From assembly GCF_006345805.1 (NCBI RefSeq), contig NW_021834377.1, positions 1 through 49,145 on the forward strand: a stretch of 49,145 nt of DNA. Reading direction: 5' to 3'. Below, one piece after another: positions 24,301 to 38,130 of the stretch. A program made the translations under genes and the position numbers. The notes beneath the pieces were generated by a model, which saw only the letters and a program-made list of their open reading frames with translations, searched no databases and had not been told where the DNA came from. The DNA comes from Octopus sinensis (Eukaryota). Numbering within the stretch: position 1 is the first letter of the stretch; each line of letters starts with the position of its first letter.

Positions 24301-26272
24301 CTTATACGCTACACCTTAGATAGGGTGGGTAAATTAACCGGCAAGGGCAGGGTAATGGTCCATTTAGACCAAAGTAAAGCGTTCGATAGGGTAGACCATG
24401 AGTACCTGGCGACGGTCCTCGAAGCGGCTGGACTGGGCCCTGAATTTCGCGGGTGGATCTCCGCTATGTATAGCGGCATCAAGTCCACCGTCCAGATAAA
24501 CGGTTACCTAACGGAACCGTTTTCGATCGAATGTTCAGTTCGTCAAGGGTGCCCCTTGTCACCACTTTTGTACGTGTTGGCTCTTGAGCCATTGCTGCGA
24601 AAGTTGGAGAGGTTGGGAAGTAACTCGAATGAGATTGGAGGTGGGAGAACGGTTACTGCTTATGCGGATGACGTCACCCTCATCGTGTCCAATGAGGCCC
24701 AGCTACCTTGTGTGGAAGAGGCTATCAGAGGATACGAGGCGGTGGCAGGAGCAAAGGTTAACAAGGACAAGTCGGTTGGCTTGCGCCTCGGCACCTGGAG
24801 GAGCAAGTCGATATCGTCCAGTGTCGTGGGACACTGGACGGATGGCCCTGTTAAGTTGCTAGGAGTTTGGTTTGGGCCAGACTCCCAAACGGAGAGGAAC
24901 TGGAGTGAGGTGACGAGCAAGGTGGAGGCCATAGTAAGGACCTGGTCCGGAAGGTTTCTGTCCTTGAAAGGAATGGCGGAGGTGGTACAGATGTTCATTG
25001 CATCTGTAATCACTTACCGCCTGACCGTCGTCCCTTGCCCCGATTCATGGCTTAGCAAGTTGGGGCGAATCCTTTTCCGCTTTTTGTGGAAGGGAGGAAA
25101 GCCACTTGTGAGGCGCTCCGTTTGCTGCCAGGAACCGTTAAAGGGTGGGTTAGGAATGCCTTGGCTGATGATGCGCAGACATGCGTTGAGGCTGAAGCAT
25201 CTCTGGCACCACCTGGAGGGTGATAAGGTGTGGAGTCCGCTGGCAGGGGAATTTTTCCCGAGACCGGCCTCCTTAGTGAATTTTAAACCCGCTCGCATCA
25301 AAAGATGGAAACTGACTTTATGGCAAAAGGAGTGCCGACAGGCACTCACGCTGATCCACAAGGCGGGCAAGGCCGGCTGCGGAAATACCACCTCGGTATT
25401 TTATAGAAGACTGGTAGAGGCAAAGAACGACGACGTCCTAGGAGGGGCTCTGGGGTTTGACGAAGACCAGCTTACCAACCTGTTTAAAAAGACTTTCAGG
25501 ACGGGGTATTTGGATAATTTCCAAAGATCCCTGGCCTGGCAATGCTATAGGAATGCTTTACCTGTTCGCGAGAAGTTATCGCGGCACGGAATTTCAGTGC
25601 CACCGACGTGTCCAAGGTGCGAGTTGGACGATGAAACCGTCCAGCACGCTTTTGTACACTGTCGGAAGTTGTCCGACTTGATAAGTTACGCAGAACACGT
25701 GTTATCGCATGTGGGACGAGTACAGCTGTCGGCTGAGTCTATGATTAAGATGATACCGCCAACTGGACTCTCGAAGGAAGGTGAGGCATGTTTTCACTGC
25801 ACGGTTGCAGTAGTAAAAGAATGCATGTGGCGAACAAGAATGGAAGGAGTCGCGATAGGATCCTTTGTCTCGGGCCCCGGCTTGCTCACTTACTTCAGAT
25901 ATCATCTGAAGAGCAAAATGGGGCTGGAAAAGAGGATCTTACCACGGGGTGTGTATGAGAAAAGATGGAAGTAAGTGGAAAAAAAGGTGGGTGTCAGAAA
26001 CCCAGCTTAACTATGGAGGGAGGAGAGGAAACAAAAGCTGCGGGGCCTTATAAATTGCCGGGGTTTAAAACTTCGGTAAGATCGAAAGTTTATGTAATGT
26101 TATAATATTCTATTGGTCATGTAAAGGACAATTTACAGACGAATTTTTTTATAATGAATAATCCAAATGTTATGGAAAATTTTTAATCGAACCTCCTAAC
26201 TGTTTTTTGCATGCATGTCCTGTATTTGTCCTTCTATGTAACGATTGTATAATCATAATAAAGAAATATGGA
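21315..26272 (+). mobile_element. Tx1/L1-clade LINE, copy B, full span but defective
   Basis: ORF1 21509-22941 (2-bp deletion, nonsense codon, +1 insertion); ORF2 from 22968 with an approx. 350-bp endonuclease deletion, RT portion open 23368-25974; AATAAA at the 3' end; TSD-like AGTTAGTTCCC(C)TTG at 21301-21314 and 26272-26286. Confidence 0.93.
23368..25974 (+). CDS. LINE B ORF2 RT/zf-RVT open frame (no intact endonuclease)
   Basis: 868-aa ORF with all RT motifs; upstream part broken. Confidence 0.8.
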   Translation: MNCEDFRTRIKVLVQRALCGTIINNRWWHSRKRAIRSESIRFSNQLRLDRSRIEDDLIKNLNEAMEAGSASGVMAARTVLYRHLNSKHEGCRVRAKLRAGKREGINVAGWARRVESQRGNKASIKSLTDEQRQKIYGQEEMQKFLHQHFTRVFGGGVAPERGRTLKDFLAGGPQLSGREVECCEEAITPAEIEGILAGCAGEKSPGLDLLPYEFYQSMPDLFGGILAGVYTNWQQNGRIPSSVSRGVVTLIQKDLSKGDNISNYRPITLLNVELKILAKVLAKRLTVVVEKLVGRAQTCAIPGRSIQDNLHLIRYTLDRVGKLTGKGRVMVHLDQSKAFDRVDHEYLATVLEAAGLGPEFRGWISAMYSGIKSTVQINGYLTEPFSIECSVRQGCPLSPLLYVLALEPLLRKLERLGSNSNEIGGGRTVTAYADDVTLIVSNEAQLPCVEEAIRGYEAVAGAKVNKDKSVGLRLGTWRSKSISSSVVGHWTDGPVKLLGVWFGPDSQTERNWSEVTSKVEAIVRTWSGRFLSLKGMAEVVQMFIASVITYRLTVVPCPDSWLSKLGRILFRFLWKGGKPLVRRSVCCQEPLKGGLGMPWLMMRRHALRLKHLWHHLEGDKVWSPLAGEFFPRPASLVNFKPARIKRWKLTLWQKECRQALTLIHKAGKAGCGNTTSVFYRRLVEAKNDDVLGGALGFDEDQLTNLFKKTFRTGYLDNFQRSLAWQCYRNALPVREKLSRHGISVPPTCPRCELDDETVQHAFVHCRKLSDLISYAEHVLSHVGRVQLSAESMIKMIPPTGLSKEGEACFHCTVAVVKECMWRTRMEGVAIGSFVSGPGLLTYFRYHLKSKMGLEKRILPRGVYEKRWK

Positions 26273-27234
26273 GTTAGTTCCCCTTGTTGAGTCTTCCTAA
26301 TTAAGTGTATTTCTTGTTCCTCACGCACCTTGATTGTTTGATCACTTTCACTTTCAAACTGATATTTAAGAGAAAACCCAATCAAATATATACAAATGAT
26401 TGGTAATTAACTGTCTAAAGAAACAGATACAGCATTTACGATTATGTGGACCTGAAAAATATTAATTAACGTTTGTTGTAGAAACCTAGAAATTCTCTTG
26501 AAGCTGTCATTGTCCACTCTGACTCCAGTTCTCACATCTTCCTCCTTCACTCTTTCTCTCCATATCTATTACTATGTAAGTATTTATTTAAACATTTCTA
26601 TTATATATGTGTCGTATTATGTACATTTATTTGTTTCGATGTGTTGAGAAAGTTAAAAGGAAAAAAAATCTCACTAAGACGAAATTATACGAAAGGCTGT
26701 AATTTTAATACTTTCATTGTGTTGTTTTCTTTTAGACATTTCATTGCACTTTTGGTTATTTTCTAAATTATTTGTAAAAGCGTCGGATCAATCCCTTGTT
26801 TAGATAACATTTATCTTTCTTTCTAACGTGTAAATTCGACAATTTCGTTAAATATGGGAAAATTACGATGTAATTAGTAAGAAATGGGGATTTTATAAAA
26901 CTACGAGTGTGCACTTGAAATACTGAAACGAAAAGCAAATATCGCATCGAGAGGAAATGGCTTTTATTTGAGACGTAGGAAGTCTTTATTTCTGGTGGTT
27001 CTTCTGCATCATTAAATGTTAGAATTAATATGTTTTTCTAATTTATTTAATTTTTGTGTGTGTGGAGTGTTGCTTTAAGCACCTAATATAATCCCTCGTC
27101 ACATATTTTTATTTGGGGGAATTTTCAGAAATTTTTGCGTACGAGAATTCGTTCGGTCATGCAACCAAAAAAAGAAAACAATCAACTGTGATTTATGAGC
27201 TATTTAGCTGTTATTTTTCGCACATCTCACGACC

Positions 27235-27400
27235 AGTATGGTAATAATTCTCTGCTTAAGTTCCTCTGGGCTTGCAGGACGAGGGGAGACATAGACTAGG
27301 ACCTCCCTGAGAAAGAAATGGCAAGGTGTCAGCTCAGGTGAACGTGGCGGCCATTTCAACAGCACATTGCCTTCTTCAGGACGCGCCAAACTCTTTGGAG
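27235..27400 (-). mobile_element. Tc1/mariner transposase fragment
   Basis: WPPRSPELTPCHFFL...ELKQRI resembles the WPPRSPDL(T/N)P catalytic-region motif; absent at the homologous position in unit 4. Confidence 0.75.
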
Positions 27401-27589
27401 GAATCTGGCTTTCATTCTCCACATCAACCAATAATTTTTCCTACATTAAAATTACCCCACTAAGGATTTTGATGATGTTAGTGAGACATCAATATTATTT
27501 ACTGACATTTATTCATCTTTTATGCTCAACAAAATATTAACGTTGAGCTAACCGTATATATATATATATGTATATATGTCTTTGTATAT

Positions 27590-27895
27590 ATGGCTCCCAT
27601 GCAGGTGGCATGTAAAAAGTACCATTCGAGCATGATTGATGCTAGTGCTGCCTGACTTGCACCCATGCCGGTGGCACATACAAATAACCATTCAAGCATG
27701 GTCGATACCAATGCTACCTGACTGGCTCCGTGGCACATAAAAGGCAACCGCGACACGCTAAAACAGCATCCAGCTGTAGAAATCTTGCCTGATAAGATTG
27801 AAACCTTGTTCAGCCTCATGGCTTGCCAGTCCTCAGTCAAACCTCACAACCCATGCCAGTGTGAAAAGCAGATGTTAAACGATGATGATGAAGGT
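27590..27895 (+). mobile_element. RTE-type LINE/SINE 3' end with (GAT)n tail
   Basis: Ends CAACCCATGCCAGTGTGAAAAGCAGATGTTAAACGATGATGATGA; inserted relative to paralogous units. Confidence 0.55.
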
Positions 27896-28225
27896 AGAGA
27901 AAGAGCGATGTCTGTTTTAGCAAACAACGATACAAGACTGCAATGAAAACATCAGAAATCTAGTGTCATTTATATGTATATTGGTGTGTGTGTGTGTGTG
28001 GAAGTGTGTCTATGACAGACTTTATATTCCAGGAGTTGGTATTATAATAGATGTGTCTACTCTATGATATAAACATTTTGGTAATGCAGAAATGGGATAA
28101 ATTTAATAGTTCAGATAAAGAATTACATCTAAAATTTTTGAAACAAGAAATGTCGTAAATTTGCACTTTTGAATATCTGCCTTTTAAACATACTTGATAT
28201 CTTGTATTATTTTCGTATTCTTTCA

Positions 28226-28226
28226 G
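28226..28226 (+). promoter_or_regulatory. Predicted 3' splice site upstream of the ZNF coding exon (conserved in all five units)
   Basis: Pyrimidine tract then TTTCAG|AAAA(A)TCACATG; equivalents at about 14157(-), 20222(-), 34365(+), 43471(-). Confidence 0.6.
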
Positions 28227-28692
28227 AAAATCACATGAAATTGGCTAAAAAGTAATTTTTACTTTTAAAGAATCATCAATATGTATCATGTTTGAAAGAC
28301 TCTGCAAAGATATTCTACAAACGTATAATCCTGCTTCTAGAAAACATCGCTGAGTTACAGTAAAATATTTCCTCTGAGAGAGAAAGCATTTCTTTACTTC
28401 TGTGTCTGAAATGTGCAAGAGATAATTTTCTCTTTTAAATATACTTTGATAGATTTACAAAGAATATTTGCGGCATTTTTAAATATTGGCATTGATCACA
28501 TTTAGAAGAAATATATATTTCTTTATTAGTTTGGAATAAACTATAAAAACAAAAAGAAGAAAAATATCCATAAATTTTGGTGAGAGAAGAATATTATTAA
28601 AAAGTTGTTGATCTGTACAACTTGAAGGTTCGATTTTATTTGTTCTTGAAGAAATATCGGAGGAATACGGAACATCATCATATGACTGTGGC

Positions 28693-30594
28693 ATGTACAA
28701 AATGTCATTTTTAGAAAAACGTAAATCCAATAAACACCAAGAAATTCATGCAGGGGAAGCACCATATCACTGTGATATCTGTGGTAAATCATTCTATCAA
28801 AGTGGTAATTTGACTAGACACAAGCGTATTCATACAGGGGAGAAACCATATACCTGTGATATCTGTGGTAAATCATTCTCTAATGGCAGTCACTTAACTC
28901 GACACAAACGGGTTCATACAGGAGAGAAACCATATACCTGTGATATCTGTGGTAAATCGTTCTCTAATGGCAGTCACTTAACTCGACACAAACGGGTTCA
29001 TACAGGAGAGAAACCTTATCATTGTGATATCTGTGGTAAATCCTTCACTTCAGGAAGTACCTTGACAACTCACAAACACATTCATACAGGGGAGAAACCA
29101 TATCACTGTTATATCTGTAGTAAATCTTTCTCTCAAAGCAGCAGCTTAACTAAGCACAATCGTATTCATACAGGCGAAAAACCATATCACTGTGATATCT
29201 GTGGTAAATCATTCTCTACTAGCAGTCACTTAACTAAACACACACGTATCCATACAGGAGAGAAACCATATCACTGTGATATCTGTGGTAAATCATTCAC
29301 TACTGGCTGTCACTTAACTAAACACACACATATCCATACAGGAGAGAAACCATATCACTGTGATATCTGTGGTAAATCATTCACTACTGGCTGTCACTTA
29401 ACTAAACACACACGTATCCATACAGGAGAGAAACTATATTCTTGTGATATCTGTGGTAAATCATTCTCTGATGGCAACTTAACGAAACACAAACGTATTC
29501 ATACAGGAGACAAACCATATACCTGTGATATCTGTGGTAAATCATTCTCTCAGAACAGTGTCTTAACTCAACACAAAAATATTCATACAGGGGAGAAACC
29601 ATATTCTTGTGATATCTGTGGTAAATCATTCTCTGAGAACAGTAGCTTAGCTAAACACAAACGTATTCATACAGGGGAGAAACCATATCACTGTGATATC
29701 TGTGGTAAATCATTCTCTGTTGGCGGTAGCTTAACGAAACACAAACGTATTCATACTGGAGAGAAACAATACCACTGTGATATCTGTGGTAAATCTTTCT
29801 CTGATGGAAGTAGCTTAACGAAGCACATACGTATCCATACAGGAGAGAAACCATATCACTGTGATATCTGTGGTAAATCATTCTCTCATAGCGGTGGCTT
29901 CACTCAACACAAACGTATCCATACAGGAGAGAAACCATATACCTGTGATATCTGTGGTAAATCATTCTCTGATAGTAGTCACTTGACAGACCACAAACGT
30001 ATTCATACAGGGGACAAACCATATTACTGTGATATCTGTGGTAAATCATTCTCTGTTGGCGGTAGCTTAACGAAACACAAACGTATTCATACTGGAGAGA
30101 AACCATATTGCTGTGATATCTGTGGTAAATCTTTCTCTGATGGAAGTAGCTTAACGAAGCACAAACGTATTCATTCAGGGGAGGAACCATATCACTGTGA
30201 TATCTGTGGTAAATCATTCTCTGTTGACAGTCACTTAACTCGACATATACGTGTTCATACAGGCGAGAAACCATATCACTGTGATATCTGTGGTATATCA
30301 TTTTCTCAAAACACTACCCTAACTACGCACATACGTATTCATACAGGGGAGAAACCATATGACTGTAGTATCTGTGGTAAATCATTCTCTGTTCAAAGTA
30401 GCTTAACGAAACACAAACGGGTTCATGGAGGGGACAAACCTTATCCCTGTGGTAAATCACTCTCTGCTGGCAATAGCTTAACTCAGCACAAACGTATTCA
30501 TACAGGGGAGAAACCTTATCACTGTGATATCTGTGGTAAATCTTTCTCTCAACACAGTAGCTTAACTAAACACAAGCGTATTCATACGGGGTAG
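28693..30594 (+). CDS. C2H2 zinc-finger protein ZNF-3, 21 fingers plus one lacking a Cys
   Basis: 633-aa ORF; the paralogous start ATG is ATA here (about 28654) and the first finger is degenerate. Confidence 0.88.
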   Translation: MYKMSFLEKRKSNKHQEIHAGEAPYHCDICGKSFYQSGNLTRHKRIHTGEKPYTCDICGKSFSNGSHLTRHKRVHTGEKPYTCDICGKSFSNGSHLTRHKRVHTGEKPYHCDICGKSFTSGSTLTTHKHIHTGEKPYHCYICSKSFSQSSSLTKHNRIHTGEKPYHCDICGKSFSTSSHLTKHTRIHTGEKPYHCDICGKSFTTGCHLTKHTHIHTGEKPYHCDICGKSFTTGCHLTKHTRIHTGEKLYSCDICGKSFSDGNLTKHKRIHTGDKPYTCDICGKSFSQNSVLTQHKNIHTGEKPYSCDICGKSFSENSSLAKHKRIHTGEKPYHCDICGKSFSVGGSLTKHKRIHTGEKQYHCDICGKSFSDGSSLTKHIRIHTGEKPYHCDICGKSFSHSGGFTQHKRIHTGEKPYTCDICGKSFSDSSHLTDHKRIHTGDKPYYCDICGKSFSVGGSLTKHKRIHTGEKPYCCDICGKSFSDGSSLTKHKRIHSGEEPYHCDICGKSFSVDSHLTRHIRVHTGEKPYHCDICGISFSQNTTLTTHIRIHTGEKPYDCSICGKSFSVQSSLTKHKRVHGGDKPYPCGKSLSAGNSLTQHKRIHTGEKPYHCDICGKSFSQHSSLTKHKRIHTG

Positions 30595-30603
30595 GAACCA
30601 TAA

Positions 30604-30813
<210 letters not shown>

Positions 30814-31976
30814 TGATTTAAAGAGAAGTCTTTCCTTATGAAGTGGGTCCATAACACAGTGATATTTGTTGTATAACATTTCTTCAGAAGGACAAAGGAC
30901 GTATCTCATAAAGACATCCACAGAATATAGAAACTATATGAATGTGACATCTATAGTAAATCTTTGACATGAAATCATCCATTTTTTAATCAAAAGAGCA
31001 TTGACAGAGGAAGGAAAACATATCACTGTGATGTTAAACCTCAATCATTCTTTCAAAATGGTGAATTGTTTGTACACAGTCCTATTAATATGAAAGATAT
31101 AACTGTAACCTAAGCTATTTGTGCTAAATCAATCTATGAAAATGGATCAATTATTGAAATGTAAATGCATTGATACAGTAGAGGAACCACGATGATGATG
31201 ATCCTCATCATTTAATATTCTCCTATTCATGCTTCTGTGGATCAGATGGAATTCATTGATGGAGATTTTCTACATCTGGGTACCTTTCTCATGACCAATC
31301 CTCACCTGTTTCCAAGCAAGGAAATATTTTACGCAGAGGACTGGAAGTGAACAACTGCACAAGTATGACGGTCATGATGGCCCTTTACGAACATCACATA
31401 ATATCTGGACAAGGGTCCACACACACACACACACATGTATGTTCAAAGATTTTCTTAAAGGAAATCTTTTACATTTTCTCCCTACGTGTAAATGTTTGTA
31501 ATTCCTATTAGGAAATGAAACACATGTAATGCTGAATAAATAATATCAAACTCTTCTCCATTGTCCTGATGTGTTTTTTTCTAAGGTCAAAAGAAAATTG
31601 CTTCCACTTCACCCCACCCCATGTTTTGGACCCATAAAAGGGTTTTGTAGCATATTATGAGGTCAGGGTAGTTGATTCCACACAAAAAATCTAACATTTT
31701 TTTAGTTTTTTCTTAGTGAAAATCATGCGGGAGTTAATATAGAAATTTACCATAATGTTATTTAGCCTCAAATCAAACCTGATACAGCAAACGTATCATC
31801 AAAGACATTCCAGCCTTCAGCAAACTGTCTTTTGAGGGATAATCTAGGACATTACGTACAATGGGCATGTGATTTAGATAGGGGTATACTTTGGCTGCTA
31901 TTTTTAGCATATCGAGCGACCAGGCAGAGGCTCTCTCATTGGTTCGATTGCGTGATGAGATTTTTTAACACATATA

Positions 31977-32346
31977 GGATCTTTTCGGTTTGAACGGCAG
32001 TTTTTTTAACATAATTTCTAGGTAACTAAAAAATTTTCAACTTCGTATACTGGTAGAATGTGTTTATAAAACATCTTTCCCTCTTGGCTCTATTGAGAAA
32101 ATTCTATGGTTTGTAAGATATTTGTTGTTTTTTCTGGAATTTCAACCAATCAATGACGTCCATTGAGGTAAGAAAATAATTCCTGTGCCGTATGAATATG
32201 TCCCTCGTTTAAGAAACAGATTGGGTTTATTTACATTTGTGAAGAAAAAAAGATTATCCTTCCCCCCAACCCTAAAACAGATTGAAATGCAATAGATCGA
32301 TACTAGGGTCATAATTATGGGTGACAATTTCATATGACACCGCTAG
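31977..32346 (+). mobile_element. MITE (GGATC-TIR family), right end truncated
   Basis: Left TIR GGATCTTTTCGGTTTGAACGGCAGTTTTT; body matches 37721-38130. Confidence 0.8.
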
Positions 32347-33521
32347 AGTAGAAAGACGATGCATGTGTATTGCTTGCTCAATTCCACTTTACAACTGATA
32401 TTTAAGAGAAAATCTAATTAAATAGACACATGATTGGTAATTAAGTGTCTAAAGAAACAGATGCAGCATTTTTTTTATTATGTTGACCTGTTAAATATTA
32501 ATATTCGTCGTAAAAATTCTCTTGAAGCTGTCACTGTCCACTCTAACTTTTCACTCATTCAACATATTCTCATATTTTCATCGTTGACTCTCTCTGAATA
32601 TATATTACTATGTAAGTATATTTCTATTGTATATGTATCATATTACGTACGTCTGTTTGTTTCGATGTGTTGAGTAAGTTACAAGAAAGAATCTCACTAA
32701 ACAAAGACGAAATAGCGGAGGTAAAGGGCATCGACCGCACCTACCTTTCCCTAATTTTTTGGCGATGGAAACCCACTTTTTCAACTTCGGTGAGGCTGTT
32801 CTTTCAATACTTTCGTTGTGTTCTCCTTTACATTCAGATATTTCATTGCATCTTTCCTTATTTCCTATATTATTTGTTAACGTCAGATGGATACCTTGTG
32901 TAGATAACTTTTCTCTTTCTTCCTCACACGTAAATTCCGCGGGAAAATTACGATGTAATTTCTAAGACATACGGAATGTATAAAAATACGAGTGTGCACT
33001 TGAAATACTGAAACGAAAAGTAAATTTTGTATATACAAGAAATGGAACGGATTTTATTTAAAACCTAGGAAGTCTTTATTTCCGAAGGTTCTTCTCCATC
33101 ATTACAACTTACAATTAATATCTATTTTTCAAAGGAATCTTTCTTTAAGCACCCAATATAACCGCTTATCACATATTTTTATTTTGGGGAAATTTTCAGA
33201 AAATTTCTGCGTATTTCTGCTGTACATGCAAGGATTCAAACGGTTATGAAACCAACAAAGAAGGGAAAAAACCGATTGAAGAGCAGTTTAGCTGTTATTT
33301 ATCGCGCACCCCACGACCACCTGATACCTTCCGAGTTTCTTTCTCACTCTTACGTGCTAATGTTTTTCAATATCTTTATTCACATAAACACATTCAATGG
33401 TCCGTTGTTGGGATTTAAGGCATTATATATGAATTGCACTCTGTGTTTTTATGTTATTTTCAATTAATTACCTAAGTTATCCTTTTCTCTCTTCGTAATA
33501 CATATATATTTAAATTCAAAT

Positions 33522-33721
33522 TACGATGAACGGAAACAAACAAACGAAGTTTGCTTTAGAAGCTTTGAGATGTCTTAGGAAGTTTAAGAAGTGATTTTAA
33601 ATTCTCAAAGGCAGGATATTGCTAATATATAGCCTGAACAGGATAAGCTACCCCTATTTTGCAGAAAAGTGTTGGCGGCCGGCTATGAGACTCGAACTCA
33701 CACCTCCGTGATTACGCGTCT
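33522..33721 (-). repeat. Approx. 200-bp insertion with a tRNA-like 3' half (SINE remnant?)
   Basis: Minus strand GTGAGTTCGAGTCTCATAGCCGGCC resembles a T-arm plus acceptor strand; absent in unit 5; no 5' half. Confidence 0.4.
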
Positions 33722-34796
33722 CTGTGTTTTTCACTCACCACAATAAACAATATTTCGTTGCGAAGTAAAAAGGAAAAGAAACATTTATTGTAAGGTGTAA
33801 GAATTTAAAAATAACGAGAATAATTTAATGTTAAAACTACATCATTTGCCCCCATTGAGAAGGGTTGTCACCAATTTCCTTCTCCACCTCAACCAATAAA
33901 TTTTCCTACATGAAAAATTCCCCACAAAAGATTTTGATGCTGTTAGTCATCCATACTGATTATTTCCTGACTTTTATTCATGTTTCATGTAACACAGAAT
34001 ATTGACATTAAGCTGCTTGTATGTGTGTATTTATATATTTATAAATGTACGGAAAGAGGCAGAGGAGGTGTGATATCTCTTTTACGACACATGACTGAGA
34101 TGAAAGCATCAGATATCTAGTGTTATTGACATGTATATTGGTGTGTGTCTATGATAGACTTAATGTCCAATAGATGTTATTATACTACATGTGTCTACAC
34201 CCTGATATAAACTTCTTCAAAACAGAGAGATGGGATAAATTTAATAGTTCAGATAAAGAATTACTTCTACAATTTATGAAAACAGAAATGTCGTAAATTT
34301 GCACTTTTGAATATCTGCCTTTTAAACATACTTAATGTCTTGTATTATTTTTTCTATTCTTTCAGAAAATCACATGAAATTGGATAAAAAGTATTTTTTG
34401 CTTTTAAAGAATCATCAATATGTATCATGTTTGAAAGACACTGCAAAGATATTCTACAAACGTATAATCCTTCTTCTATAAAACATTGCTGAATTACAGT
34501 AAAATATTTCTTCTGAGAGAGAGAAAGCATTTCTTTACTTCTGTGTCTGAAATGTGCAAGAGATAATTTTCTCTTTTAAATATACTTTGATGGATTTACA
34601 AAGAGTATTTGCGACATTTTTAAATATTGGCATTGATCACATTTAGAAGAAATATAAGAGAAGTGATATTTATTTGGAATAAACTATAAAAGAAAAAAGA
34701 AGCAAAATATCCATATATTTTGGTGAGAGGAGAAATATTTTTGAAAAGTTGTTGATCTGTACAACTTGAAGGGTTCATTATATTTTTCTTGAAGAG

Positions 34797-35915
34797 ATGT
34801 CGGAAGAATTAAGAAAATCATCATATGACTGTGACATCTGCAAAGAGTCATTCTTAGAAGAAAGTAAATTCAATCAACACAAACAAATTCATACAGGGGA
34901 ACAACCATACAAATGTGATATCTGTGGTAAATCATTCTCTGTTCGCAGTAGCTTAACTACTCACAAACGTGTTCATACAGGTGAGAAACCATATACCTGT
35001 GATATCTGTGGAAGATCATTTTCTGTTGGCAGCAGCTTAGCTAAACACAAACGTATTCATACAGGGGAGAAACCATATCATTGTGATACCTGTGGTGAAT
35101 CATTCTCTAATGGCAGTAACTTAACGAAACACAAATGTATTCATACAGGGGAGAAACCATATCACTGTGATATCTGTGGTAAATCATTCTCTCTTCGCAG
35201 TAGCTTAACTAAACACAAGCGTATTCATACAGGTGAGAAACCATATACCTGTGATATCTGTGGAAGATCATTCTCTGTTGGCAGCAGCTTAGCTAAACAC
35301 AAGCGTATTCATACAGGGGAGAAACCATATCATTGTGATATCTGTGGTGAATCATTCTCTGTTGGCGGTCGCTTAACTCGACACAAGCGTATTCATACAG
35401 GGGAGGAACAATATACCTGTGATGTCTGTGGAAGATCATTCTCTGAAAGCAGCAGCTTAGCTAAACACAAACGTGTTCATACAGGCAAGAAACGATATCG
35501 CTGTGATATCTGTGGTGAATCATTCTCTGTTCGCAGTAGCTTAACCAAACACACGCGTATTCATACAGGGGAGAAACCATACCACTGTGATATCTGTGGT
35601 AAATCATTCTCTAATGGCAGTAACTTAACGAAACACAAACGTATTCATACCGAAGAGAAACCTTATCGCTGTGATATCTGTGGTAAATCATTCTCAGAAA
35701 GCAGCAGCTTAACTCATCACAAGCGTATTCATACAGGCGAGAAACCATATACCTGTGATATCTGTGGTAAATCATTCTCAGAAAGCAGTAGCTTAACTAA
35801 ACATAAACGTATTCATACAGGTGAGAAACCATATCACTGTGATATTTGTAGTAAATCTTTCTCTCAGAACAGTGGCTTAACTCAACACAAATGCATTCAC
35901 ACTCAAGAAAAATAA
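34797..35915 (+). CDS. C2H2 zinc-finger protein ZNF-4, 13 fingers
   Basis: [11 protein letters not shown] start; intact 84-bp repeats. Confidence 0.9.
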   Translation: MSEELRKSSYDCDICKESFLEESKFNQHKQIHTGEQPYKCDICGKSFSVRSSLTTHKRVHTGEKPYTCDICGRSFSVGSSLAKHKRIHTGEKPYHCDTCGESFSNGSNLTKHKCIHTGEKPYHCDICGKSFSLRSSLTKHKRIHTGEKPYTCDICGRSFSVGSSLAKHKRIHTGEKPYHCDICGESFSVGGRLTRHKRIHTGEEQYTCDVCGRSFSESSSLAKHKRVHTGKKRYRCDICGESFSVRSSLTKHTRIHTGEKPYHCDICGKSFSNGSNLTKHKRIHTEEKPYRCDICGKSFSESSSLTHHKRIHTGEKPYTCDICGKSFSESSSLTKHKRIHTGEKPYHCDICSKSFSQNSGLTQHKCIHTQEK

Positions 35916-36746
35916 ATTCATAGTGATATCTGTGGAAAATCATTTACACAAAATCATTTCTGATTTAAACAAGTCTTTCTTTATGAAGTGGGTCCATAAC
36001 ACAGTGATATTTGTTGTATAACATTTCTTCAGAAGGACAAAGGACGTATCTCATAAAGACATCCACAGAATATAGAAACTATATGAATGTGACATCTATA
36101 GTAAATCTTTGACATGAAATCATCCATTGTTAAATCAAAAGAGCATTGACAGAGGAAGGAAAACATATCACTGTGATGTTAAACCTGAATCATTCTTTCA
36201 AAATGGTGAATTGTTTGTACACAGTCCTGTTAATATGAAGAATATGCCATACCCTAAGATATCTGATAATGATCAATTATAACATAAATGAATTCAAACA
36301 GAAGGGGAACCATATCACTACGATGATGATGATCCTCATCATTTAACATTCACTTTTACATTCTTCTATGGATCAGATTGAATTCATTGATACCTTCCCT
36401 GTTTCCAAGCAAGGAAATATTTTCCCTGGTGAGACATATTTTACACAGAAGACTGGAAATGAACAACTACACAAGTATGACGGTCATGATGGCCATTTAT
36501 GAACACCACATAATATCTGGAAAAGGGTGCACACACACACACACTTATGTATGTCTGAAGATTTTCTTATAGGAAATATCTTACATGTTCTCTACACATC
36601 TAATAGTTTGTAATTCCTATTAGGAAATGAAACACATGTAATGCTGAATAAATAATACCAAACTTTTCTCCACTGTCCTTATGTGTTATGTAATTACTCT
36701 GCAAAAAAATCATCCAAACCGCCCACAAAAATAATATATATGTATA

Positions 36747-37238
36747 CCGTAAATCCTCGAGTATAATCCGCATTTTTTTCCTAAAATTAACGGTCAAAAT
36801 CCCTAGTGCGTACTATATACAAGGTTAAAAATGAAAAATATCTTCTAAGCAATGTCCGAGTCTCTATTTTGCTGTCAGGCAATGTTTGTTCAGACGCATT
36901 TTGTGCTGTCAGGCGCGAAAATGCCTTACGCTAAGCCCGAAAGCAATGAAGTCATAAAATAATCATCCATAACTTGCAATAAGCAACATTTATTAAAATA
37001 AAAGTATTCAGAACACAGAATAACATGTAACAAAAACAATTTGCAAACATATTTACATTCCCATATAACAGTTAAAAACATCACCATTATTGTATTACGC
37101 ATGCGTGGAAGTGTTTGTTTGACTAGGTGCTGCTGGCTTAATTACGCACGATTCAAGTTAGAGAAGGGATGTGTATTATACACAAGGTTTAGGTTTAGGT
37201 GTTATACTCAAGTGTGGACTATACTCGAGGATTTACAG
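36747..37238. mobile_element. Tc1/mariner-pogo-type MITE, inverted paralog of 17026-17511
   Basis: Same TIRs and TA flanks; same position downstream of ZNF-4 as the first copy is downstream of ZNF-2. Confidence 0.85.
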
Positions 37239-37720
37239 TATATATATATATATTAACCAGCTTGTTTATGGTGAAAGTTGGTGTGCATCAGGGATCTGTG
37301 TTGTCACCATTGTTGTTTGCAATAGTGGTTGATGTGGAGAAGGAGAGTGCAAGAAAGAGACTGTAAATGGAGATACTGTATGCAGATGACCTTGTTCTGA
37401 TGAGAGAGAAGTTTTGGAAATGGAAGGAGGCATTTGAAAGCAAGGGTTTGAAGGTAAACCTTGGGGAGAGAAAGGTGATAGTGAGTGGGGTGGAAGTAGA
37501 AGTGTTGGTGAGTAAGGTAGATCCATGTAGAAAGAGAAAATGATGTTTTATAAACACATTCTACCAGTATACGAAGTTTAAAATTTTTTATTTACCTAGA
37601 AATTATGTTAAAAAACAGCCATTCAAACCAAAACGATCTGATAATTTTAATATTTGAGGGATTCATATAATTTTCCATGCAGAATTTCATCAGTTAATTT
37701 GCTTCTTCCACAGAAAGTTG

Positions 37721-38130
37721 GGATCCTTTCGGTTTGAATGGCAGTTTTTTAAAATAATTTCTAGGTAACTAAACACTTTTAAACTTCATATACTGGTAGA
37801 ATGTGTTTATAAAACATCTTTTTCTCTTGGCTTTATTGAGAAAATTCTATAGTTTGTAAGATATTTGTTGTTTTTTCCCTTCAATTTCTGCAATTTCAAC
37901 CAATCAATGACGTCTATTGAGGTGAAAACATTCTCTGCCGTATGAATATGTCCCTCGTTTAAGAAACAGATTGGGTTTATTTACATTTGTGAAGAAAAAA
38001 GATACCCTTTCCCCTAACCCCAACCCTAAAACAGATTGGAATGCAATAGATCGATACTAGGGTCATAATTATGGGTGACAATTTCATATGACACTGCTAG
38101 AAAAAACTGCCGTTCAAACCGAAAAGATCC
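37721..38130 (+). mobile_element. Complete MITE with approx. 30-bp TIRs and 8-bp TSD-like flanks
   Basis: GGATCCTTTCGGTTTGAATGGCAGTTTTT ... AAAAACTGCCGTTCAAACCGAAAAGATCC; flanks GAAAGTTG/AAAAGTTG (7/8). An 8-bp TSD fits Merlin or hAT; superfamily not determined. Confidence 0.82.

Noticed and set aside
32360-32400. Possible empty target site upstream of ZNF-4
   Set aside because: Homology stops at a MITE/SINE boundary before the GTTAGTTCCC position, so it cannot serve as an empty-site control.
33680-33721. Possible tRNA gene
   Set aside because: Only a T-arm and acceptor-like 3' half; no D-arm or 5' acceptor strand.
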